DNA of 64,000 bases from Phoronis australis. Taxonomy: Eukaryota; Animalia; Phoronida. Of this stretch, positions 54,575 to 64,000 are shown one piece after another. The DNA lies in assembly GCA_002633005.1 (NCBI GenBank), contig NMRA01000133.1, forward strand, positions 676,627 through 740,626. The letters are read 5' to 3'. Every line of letters starts with the position of its first letter. The first letter of the stretch is position 1. The translations under genes and the position numbers were made by a program. The notes beneath the pieces are model-generated. The model did no database searches and was not told the origin of the DNA. It worked only from the letters and a program-made list of their open reading frames with translations.

Positions 54575-55576
54575 GGCGCCCTGACCAGGACATTTCGTTG
54601 AAGGGTCCCCCATTTTTATAAGCTTGGCATTGTGGGTCTTCTACTCTCAATTGAAAACGCATTCTTATTCATCTATGCTTCGAAAAGTTGAAGATCGTTA
54701 TTAGAAATGCATTATTAATGAAAAGAGAGTTGTTCGTGCGAAACTCACTGTGTCGATTGGAATATTAGGAATACGATTTTTTATGGCCGTGTACAGTCAG
54801 TGTACATGTGTAACAGATTGATTTGGTGTTGGCAATCGGGAACAAACACTTTTTGCGAATTTAATAATGCATGCTTAACTCATAAACCGTGACAGGATAC
54901 TACTGGCATGAACCACAATTCACGTTAACGAGAATAAATTCTGAAAATTTCTTGTCTTTGAGCCCCAAACTTTCCGTGGGATACCCCGTTTCCTGTTCTC
55001 TCCCGATTTGCCTGCCCTGTTCACGTACAGTGTACCTGCGCGCATCCCTTCGGGACTAAAAATCGCATGCTTTGAATCAATGGTCTTTTAAAATAAGAAA
55101 GTACAGTTAGAGTTCTGCGCTAAGTGTGCCGTTAGTTTTTATATTGTGTGGCTATTTGGTAGCCCAACGTCTCAAGGTTACGCTATTTCGGTAATCTGGG
55201 TGTACGAAAATCGACTGATTCCTAAAAGATTTTTTACTATTATTAGCTGATATTGTAAAAAATTAATGATGCTTTAGTGAACTTAGATGTAGGCTGAAAG
55301 GTTCGGGAAAATCTCGCCATCCTAAACTAATCACCAAAATGTATTACCTGATTTCAGCCAATCTGATTGGTTCTCTATCTAATCTTAGAGATGTCACTGT
55401 TGCACCATACTGGTTACCGCTGTAACGTGTATCTGCTTATAAAGCAAAACGACGACATAGTGATAGTGTAATGCAGTGCTTTATGAATGACTTTCTCATA
55501 GGAATGTGTTAGGGTACTGTAGATGTCAGTGTCTGCTCCCAATACAGGGTGTGTCCGCTCCCAATACGGGGTAAAC

Positions 55577-55718
55577 CATAGGCGGCGCAGTACTGAAAAA
55601 GTGGGGGCTAAAGCCCCCTCAGCCCCCTGTGGTGCACCGCCTATAGACCACGTGCGGCGTAGCACTGAAAAAAGTGGGGGGCTATAGCCGCTCCACCCCC
55701 TATAGTGCGCCGCCCATG
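55577..55718. mobile_element. MITE family A, dimeric copy
   Basis: cataggcggcgcagtactgaaaaagtggggg...tgcgccgcccatg. Confidence 0.7.
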
Positions 55719-58335
55719 TAAACGCTAGTGACTGTATATTCTCGTTTGATACCACTGAATAGCACCAGCATATTCAGATCGTGTCTGTCATTGAAAAGTC
55801 AAAATTTAGAATTTTTAAAGATGGTACTCTTCAAATCCTCTTTGAAAAAATACATGCATACGATTGTAATTTCACATCAAATTTTGCAAAGATACCTTAT
55901 TGTCCAGCAGCAAGATATATTTTATTTTATTTTAGACACGCCCGAGTAACAAACATGCACTGCGTACCCGTATATTGTGATCGTAAATAAAACAACCTGT
56001 TATCGCTTGTTGTCAGATAGAACACGGTGTTATCATGTATAGACAAACCATTAATCATCGTGTGTGCGTCTTACTGGTAGTGGAGACATTTTTCTCACAT
56101 TGGTCATAGCTTTGACCTTCAGTCTATATATGTATTTTGGTCAAGCACCAATCTTCGCATAGTCCTACAAAATGGAGCGTTCGCGTGGACAATAAATTGA
56201 ACAGTTAACTGCAGTCTAAAGTTTTTACAATATTGTTGAACGATGTTGCGCATGTGTCACGGTTTCGCTTCCACACTTTTCCGGGAAAGCTTTTGTCGAC
56301 AACGACACGAACATTCTCTACACATCCAAACATTGCCTCGCCTGCTCTTAAACATTGATGATTGTGGACACAGCTACAAATTCGTATTTTCATCGTTAGA
56401 AACCCTGTAATCCTTTATCAAACTAAGTGACTTAGAAGCTGAAAATTATACGGAGCGTGAACGTTCTGTACCATAGAGGAGTCCCCTGGTGGATTCGAAC
56501 TCGAGTCTTCTTCCGAATGACTTGACGACAATTTCGGCAATTGACGTTTTCTAATAAAATCACAAAAGACTTATGCCGTCTTATACAATATCACTGGTCA
56601 ATAAGTTCAAGAAGACTATCCTGTCCAACAATAATGCGTTCTTCGCCCTAAAACTGAGTTCGTTCTTTTTAATGTTTTCTTTATAAATTAAGCAAATACA
56701 TTTATGTTTGACATATGTCCCTATTGTGGCAAAGTACGTCCTTATCTCCATTTTCCAGAGACAACGGGTGTAACATAAGCAGGTCCCTTGTTACGACAGA
56801 AATACAAAAATAAGCAATATGGAAGATATAAATACTCACAATAAGTAGAGCGTAACATGGCGAAGGAAAAGATAACTATGTCTCAATGTGTACATTGATT
56901 TTTTGATTGTCACATTAAGAGCCATGTAACTTCAGTGCTCTGATTTGTTATGATTGTTTCTCTGCTCGTTTAACGTGTAAAGTTTTGACTTTTCCTTAAT
57001 TTTTGTGTCTCATCTTTTTTTATGTTGTGGTTGCTAAGCTTCGAATATTTCAAACCACCTGTTACACCGGCGTAGTAAACAAGAAAAACCGGTAGATCAG
57101 CTTTAGGCGAATTATGGAAAGACCGTATTTAATGGTAATAAAACATGTCAACAGTAAATATTTACCTTTGGTTAATGAGATGTCGATGTTATTTGTCGTA
57201 TTTCAGTCTGTGGCTGTAATTCTGATCAATTGCATAAATGTGAGAAACGCTCTGTGTGATATGTCAGCACCATGTCGAATGAGTCATGTTTTGTAGGTGA
57301 ATTATTTTTCACATTAGTTTTATTCTTTCGTAGGGATATTCGGAATTTTAGTCGATGCGTTTCAAATTGGTTTATGACGAGATACAAAACTTGAACAAAT
57401 GTCGTAGTGTAACCGTCATAAAAGGAACATTTACTTGTATTGTCGTCCAAGAACTCTTTAAGAAATGATTATGTTCATACTGTGACGTCATGCAAGACAG
57501 GAATAGTCTGTAGTTCATGCACGAACTGAACACTGTGAAATGATTTTTTGTACACAATGTGATTTTGTTTCAGAAATATTAATATTTGTGTTGAAGCATG
57601 CGTTTAAGCACCCACATTCTGTGCACCTGTACAAAATGGTGTCCGAGATGTAACGAAACAGAGTTTACACTTCTTAGAATGGAACAAAATTAGTAGTAAA
57701 CCAGTTGTCGAATAGTTTTGACAGAGCTAGAGGGGCGGTATGGAGAAAAGGGGAATAGATAATGACTGACAGGTGAGAGCATGTGTGAAACAGCGAGAAT
57801 GGGAGTTTTAAGAATGGACTGAAGTGTGGGAGTAAATTCTAAACAACTGTTTATTCAGAATTACCTGACTTACGTTCTGCGTGTGGGTTCACAGAAGATG
57901 TTGGGCACAAATCTTCTCCCCATAGGTACACCCAGTGAGGATAAGCTGAAGGGTATTGGGGGTGGTGTTTCTCTTAGTGAGCCGATTGTGGTGTCTTGTC
58001 AGAGGACTTTCCGGTGACTGGAAGCTTATTCAGAAGTGTTGTCAGAGATAAATTTGTGTAATTCTTTTCAGCCTTGCACAAATTCTTCGTCCTTCATTGT
58101 CGCTTTAAGTCTTCACGAGCTTTTGTTATTGGCGCTCAACCGAAATGTTTTGTGATTTAGCGTAGCTGTGGTCTCCTTTAAAAGCCCATAAGTTTAATAT
58201 TTGGACTTGGAATCGTCGCAAACGGAGGAAGAATCAGATAGGACTGTATATGTTGAATGACTGGTTTTCGAATTTTGCAAAAGATGTCGTTGCAAGCATT
58301 CTGCATTCTTTTTAATTCACTTTGTGCATCTACAG

Positions 58336-58451
58336 CTCTGGACACGACTAACATCATGGTAAAAAAACAAGTGATAGAATTGATGTCTGCCATATGCCTG
58401 TACTCTGGGGAAGGTCACGATTTGATCCTTGATGCTTTGCAGTACTTTAAG
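58336..58451 (+). CDS. INF2: INF2-like constant exon C1 (116 nt): (A)[38 protein letters not shown]
   Basis: tctacag|CT (phase 1, G+CT=Ala); AAG|gtacgt; closely matches the INF2 DID segment [28 protein letters not shown]. Confidence 0.95.
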
Positions 58452-58900
58452 GTACGTACTGTCGTTGGTGTACTAAGCATTCATTTTTGCTCTCAAACGC
58501 TATTGTGAATCAATTTACTTTTACCTGGATAATTCGTCGTCTTATTACAAAATGGCACTGGGTACGATTTATTCTCGCCAAAATGTCGCCGATAAAATAC
58601 GTATCGTGTGCGTTGATTCACGTGAAAAATTGTATTGTGTCTCCTGGTTCAGTGACACGGCAATTTGTCGCCGCTAAAAATCGCGAAGACCCGTATTGTA
58701 TGCGCTGGACTAAGGTTTAGTAAACGTCATGATTGAGTGAGTAACAGAATCTAGTTTGTAAATTCTTACACGTTTTGGTAAATCACCATTTTAACATTTT
58801 TACCTGATTACAAATTAGACGTTCTCTTCCAAACGCTTGTACTAGTTACATTATGCATTTTGATTATGTTGTTTACGAGTAAAACTTTTACTTGTTCCAG

Positions 58901-59060
58901 GTCACTAAAAAGCAAAGATACCGATTCAGCTTTATAATAATGGAGTTGAAGTCCTCTGAAGTCGTGGGTTATACTGTATCTCTGTTGGCGTTCATCAATT
59001 GTATTCTTGCTGGAGAAACGGTGTTGGACGACCGAGTGAAGATACGCAACGAGCTGGTCG
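58901..59060 (+). CDS. INF2: INF2-like constant exon C2 (160 nt): VTKKQRYRFSFIIMEL...AFINCIL...IRNELV-G
   Basis: ttgttccag| phase 0; G|gtaagc phase 1; FH3 motifs YRF, IN and RNE. Confidence 0.95.
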
Positions 59061-59381
59061 GTAAGCACCAGTCATGGCTTCCACTAAATGCAATCGTTTG
59101 TTGGCCGTTTGAAAGGCTATCGACTTAACAGTTTAACGCGATATATTTTAATTGTCATTCCCTCCGTAAATGCCGTGCTGAAAAACTAAGAATTTTCACA
59201 GTTTTAGCAACATTTTCTGTATTTACACAGAAAAGGTGGCAAACTTTTCTGACATTAGTTCGTACATTTAAAATTTTTAAAAAATTATTTGAAAATACCT
59301 GCAGACTCTTTTTCATCGAATATGTATGTCATTGGTGTGTTAACTGATGAAAAAATAAGTTTTAGTGTATTCGGTTTTCAG

Positions 59382-59560
59382 GTCTCGACTTATTGGACAT
59401 TCTCATAACATGTCAGGATCAAGCAGACGAGGACCTCAATACCCAGATCGACGTGTTTTATGAAGGCAAAGAGCAGGACGAACAAGTTCTGGAAGCCGCG
59501 CTACCTAGCGGAGTTGATATAAACAATCCTCAGGACCTGTTCAACGCTGTTTTCCAGAAG
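59382..59560 (+). CDS. INF2: INF2-like constant exon C3 (179 nt): GLDLLDIL...DLNTQIDVF...GVDINNPQDLFNAVFQK
   Basis: ttttcag| phase 1; AAG|gtagct phase 0; FH3 / dimerisation-region similarity. Confidence 0.93.
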
Positions 59561-59760
59561 GTAGCTCAAGATTTTTTAGTCAGTATTATTTAACTTTGTC
59601 CGGTGTACACGGTGACATAATTTTGAAAAATAACATTTCCTCTCACTTAACGCGCAAATTTTAACCTATTCTATGGGAATACTGTCGTGCTTGAATACTT
59701 TTTCAAAACATGGAAATTATGTTTGGAAGTGAGGGTCCCATTTTTAAACACCTACATATT

Positions 59761-59802
59761 TGTGTGTGTGTGTGTGTGTGTGTGCGTGCGCGTGTGTGTG
59801 TG
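59761..59802. repeat. (TG)n microsatellite preceding a HINE-like element
   Basis: tgtgtgtg...tgcgtgcgcgtgtgtg. Confidence 0.9.
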
Positions 59803-60764
59803 CATTATGCCGTCATCCCCCGACCGTCCTTACGTCCATCCGTCTGTCTGGCGCCCGCTGCTGTATCTCCAAAACCTCTGCAGACATGTTCCTATCTTGG
59901 GTGGGACGACGACATGAGTGAATGTTCGGATGGTTTCAACAACCGGTGTGCCCCCTAGTGCCAATTTTAATTGGTTAATTGGAGTTCCTTGACGGAGTTT
60001 CACGAAATTTGGCATATATATGTATTTTTTAAGGAGACGACGCCGCCCTCTCATTTTCTGATGAATTTGACGCATTCTGCGCCACCTGCAGTGGCTATTT
60101 TTATTGTCTTTGAGTCTGCTTTTGATGTCCGTCTCTATTAGCCAAACTACTTTAATGATGATTGCAAAAATTGGTATGCGTGTTCCTAATGCGTGTTCCT
60201 AATGCGTGTTCCTAATTCGTTTTCCTACTGGCGGTTTCGACAACTCTTGGTTGCAGTTGTGCGTCCGCGGCTATGTCTCCTGAACCCCTTGTAGGAACTT
60301 CCTTACATTTGGCAATGAAGATGTGCATTTGCCTTAAAACCTACCAAATTCCTTCGTGGATGTTCATGAAATGTGGCAAATAACTTACAGTCACGTACAC
60401 GACAGCAGCTGCCCTGTTACAGATGGATTTGACGAGAACATTTGATTTAGACTCCTTACCGCTATAAAATTGTTCTCAGTCTCTTCATTAATACGATGAG
60501 AAGTGAATTCTGGGTTTGGAACGACGCGACACCTTCTTATTTTGTGAGAACATGCTCAGCGCATAAAATAACATAGTGAAAAACTAACTTGTAGAGCCTC
60601 GTCTTGAGCACTAACGAATTGTCAGTTCTTTCGGAACTCTGAAATACCTAAAATTTGACTAAAGAAAAATTTGAGAAAATTTCATAACGGTAAGTCGTCT
60701 GAATTATTTTTTGTGATAGTTGGCTGGTTTATAACGCCTTCGACCAAACTGGAGCTGTTTTTAC

Positions 60765-61168
60765 TCGGGAAACAGTTGTCACGGTGCGAGTTGTCTCGGC
60801 GTGAGATGCTCCACTTGAGTCGCATTTACACGACATTAGATCGCAAACTGGATCACCAAGAGTCATTTACATGAAGAATGTCTGCGCATGCTCGCATAAC
60901 AATAGCCAACGTCCAAACTATGTGGAATGCCAGCGGATCACCCGTATATACGGTATTGTGCAAGCGCATTGAAAGGTGATCCTTTTCCACCCTGTCGCAG
61001 TTGTGTTGAAACCCGAGAAACTGATGGAGTGCAACTCCGTCTTCCTCTCAAATCGTGTCAAAAATGGCCACTGCTGTGTCAACTTGCTTCGTGTCAGTCG
61101 TGTTTACACACCCTCTTGAGCCCGATCAGCTGTGCCGTATTAGTTTCTCCGTGACAGCTGTCTCCCGT
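60765..61168. mobile_element. Possible MITE
   Basis: cgggaaacagttgtcacgg versus ccgtgacagctgtctcccg (17/19 inverted match). Confidence 0.5.
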
Positions 61169-61525
61169 GCAAATGTGGCTTAGGTAGCTGCCACGCCATC
61201 TAGTGTTTAGGTCGGGGATCACGTAGACAGCAACTGTGATTCAGGAACGATATGCAAGGATTGAAAACCTCATTAATTATTAAATTCAGAAATAGTGACA
61301 AAATACAAGATCATAATTATCACAAAAAATTCCGTGCTTCTAAGACATATTTTTTTAAAAAAATAAGTATTTCAAAGTATTCAAACATGAAAAATTAAAC
61401 GAGTTGAGAATCAGAACGGGTAGCATTTTTGAACCACACTGTATATGTTGGACAGGTGGTGCAGTTTATTGAAAATTTAGTAACTACGTACTCATGAATT
61501 AAGGCAAATTACTCATTTATTACAG

Positions 61526-61599
61526 GTTTACAACAGTCCTCAGGCGTCTCATCTTTTAGCCATTCTTCAAAATTTATTCCAGATCGAAGAGACAGGCAG
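61526..61599 (+). CDS. INF2: INF2-like constant exon C4 (74 nt): VYNSPQASHLLAILQNLFQIEETG-R
   Basis: ttattacag| phase 0; AG|gtagtt phase 2; similar to INF2 VSCSPVSAQLLSVLQGLL; absent from the ORF track. Confidence 0.9.
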
Positions 61600-61975
61600 G
61601 TAGTTAAAACTTTTGCAGTTCATTTCAATGTCAAAGGCGCAATAATTTGTGACGTAAAAAATGACCTATCGATTTCGAAAGAAATGAACATTCGCAAAAA
61701 CATCTCTCCCCTTTGTTTTCACCAGTTTAGAACATGGAATGGGTCTTATAGATGTCACTAAATTGCAACTCAATGTGTATTCCGGTTTTCGGTGTGCTTT
61801 TCTCCACCAGAAATTTAAGAATTAAACTTAAAAATGCTATTATTTTTACTGAATTTTTCCTTTTTGAAATAACTGAAAGATGTCATCTGAGAATAAATTT
61901 TGCTGAAGCTGGTTTGCTTTTTCGAGTTAAAATTCTTAGCAAATAACATCTTTCATTGAGACACGTTTCTTTCAG

Positions 61976-62464
61976 AGAAGTATTATGGGATGCTTTGGAA
62001 GATCTCGTTCGCCATGCAGTACTGAGTGACAAACCAGAACAACTGCTTTTGACGATTCACAACTCAAACGAACCATCATCGACTGTGGACACTGGAGTGC
62101 AAACCGAGGACAATCAGCCATCAGAACCCATCAAATCTCCCACTGCTCTTAAATATGGTCTTGCAAAGCCAGGCTGGGCGGGGAATATTCTCCCTCCAAC
62201 CAAAGTATTGCCAGATTTGCCATGTCCGGGTGGGCCCCCGCCTCCCCCTCCTCCTGTTCCACCGCTGCCTGGCCATGAAGTTGCCTGCCCTGCTGTCTTT
62301 CAGTCAGTTAGCATCCCACCACCACCACCCCCTCCTATGATAGGCGGAGGTTCCCCCGCGCCCCCTCCGATGATGAGTGGAGGGCCACCGCCACCACCAC
62401 CCCCTCCCATGTTGGGCGGAGGTCCACCACCGGCCCCACCCCCTCCCATGATGGGAGGAGGTCC
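61976..62464 (+). CDS. INF2: INF2-like constant exon C5: EVLWDALEDLV..., linker and FH1 polyproline domain, running into the gap
   Basis: tttctttcag|A (phase 2, AG+A=Arg); LWDALEDLV resembles LWEALESLV; repeated PPPPPPM-x-GGG units; FH2 not seen in the window. Confidence 0.92.
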
Positions 62465-63113
62465 NNNNNNNNNNNNNNNNNNNNNNNNNNNNNNNNNNNN
62501 NNNNNNNNNNNNNNNNNNNNNNNNNNNNNNNNNNNNNNNNNNNNNNNNNNNNNNNNNNNNNNNNNNNNNNNNNNNNNNNNNNNNNNNNNNNNNNNNNNNN
62601 NNNNNNNNNNNNNNNNNNNNNNNNNNNNNNNNNNNNNNNNNNNNNNNNNNNNNNNNNNNNNNNNNNNNNNNNNNNNNNNNNNNNNNNNNNNNNNNNNNNN
62701 NNNNNNNNNNNNNNNNNNNNNNNNNNNNNNNNNNNNNNNNNNNNNNNNNNNNNNNNNNNNNNNNNNNNNNNNNNNNNNNNNNNNNNNNNNNNNNNNNNNN
62801 NNNNNNNNNNNNNNNNNNNNNNNNNNNNNNNNNNNNNNNNNNNNNNNNNNNNNNNNNNNNNNNNNNNNNNNNNNNNNNNNNNNNNNNNNNNNNNNNNNNN
62901 NNNNNNNNNNNNNNNNNNNNNNNNNNNNNNNNNNNNNNNNNNNNNNNNNNNNNNNNNNNNNNNNNNNNNNNNNNNNNNNNNNNNNNNNNNNNNNNNNNNN
63001 NNNNNNNNNNNNNNNNNNNNNNNNNNNNNNNNNNNNNNNNNNNNNNNNNNNNNNNNNNNNNNNNNNNNNNNNNNNNNNNNNNNNNNNNNNNNNNNNNNNN
63101 NNNNNNNNNNNNN
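62465..63113. other. Assembly gap within the FH1 repeat exon
   Basis: Run of N. Confidence 1.
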
Positions 63114-63433
63114 TACGAATACAGAAAATGAGTACGTACTTGCATTTCTAAAAGAATATGAAGTAGGAATATCGATGAATTATCAATCACGATACATTCA
63201 ACTAATCCATGTCAGGATCGCATCATTTCACAGCGCGACTGAAAAGTTCAGGGTCACTGCGCCTCAACCTCACCCACCGGAACTACTCGCCGCACGGCCG
63301 GGTCGAAACTAAATGTACTTAGTAGGCTACCCTATCCCTACCAGTCTTCACGAAAGTCTCATTCAGTCTTCTTAAAATTAAAACCGCCGTTGGTCGCCAC
63401 AGCCCGGACCCATTTTCCAGGTGTTGTCTCTAA

Positions 63434-64000
63434 TTGAGAATGAGTCTTTAGTTAGATTGGCCGTGATTGGAACTGGGCTCTTTTGTAAACAATGTTTTGG
63501 GAACTATTCAACTCTTGCACACCCTTTGAATGGTTACTAAATGGTCATAAATACGAAACGTTATTCATGTCAATTCCGACTCATTAGTACACAATCAGAG
63601 TAATGAACTGTGGGAGTTCTGGTTTCGGAATTGTGGAAATTCGAAGTAGTGAACTTTCGAAGGTAGCGAACCTTCGGAGTAGTGAACCTTCGGAGTAGTG
63701 AACCTTCGGAAAAGTGACATGTAACTTTAGAAATCTTTTCCATCAAGTATGTTGCTCCTATGAAATCTGCGAGGCTGTGTACCATTGACACTGACTGGCA
63801 AGAGAAGACTAACTTCGTTGATCAAAGTTTTAATTAGGTCTAAACTTACTTCTCCCTAATAATGTGAACATTTCTCGGTGCAAGAAAACACGGTACTGGT
63901 CTGGTTTCTGGAAAACGATGGAGTAGTCAGTGAACTTACCGTCAGCGTGTACTGAATTTAAAAGAACGGAAACGCTCACACGTGTACACGCATGCATGTC
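63434..64000 (+). repeat. Dispersed repeat, copy 2 (copy 1 at 18693-19249), with expanded 16-bp gaaccttcggagtagt units
   Basis: Colinear similarity with 18693-19249. Confidence 0.85.

Noticed and set aside
63114-63145. End of the FH1 exon or start of FH2 after the gap
   Set aside because: The frame is unknowable across the gap and no FH2 motif is visible; the gtacgt donor near 63132 is only a possibility.

Overview
Animal genomic DNA (spliceosomal GT-AG introns, roughly 40% GC, many small transposons), most likely a draft invertebrate assembly; I cannot name the species. It holds three host genes. (1) The last coding exon of a class A (rhodopsin-like), non-opsin GPCR on + (1100-2208). (2) A two-exon uncharacterised gene on - (13367-13043 joined to 5667-4571, about 473 aa). 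It has a predicted N-terminal (beta/alpha)5 domain and an acidic disordered tail carrying clustered PPxY, YPx and PTAP motifs. (3) The 5' half of an inverted formin-2 (INF2)-like gene on +. The stand-out feature is in INF2: the exon encoding the N-terminal half of the DID/GBD-FH3 regulatory domain occurs as three diverged, intact tandem paralogues (31819-32245, 39316-39715, 45457-46099). Each has its own ATG and a phase-1 GT donor at the homologous codon. All three fit one shared set of downstream exons (58336-62464+), giving a variable-exon/constant-exon layout. The rest is MITEs, a foldback hairpin, Helentron/HINE-like elements and a LINE remnant. There are also two N gaps and three tandem duplications joined by a single N, which are probably assembly artefacts.
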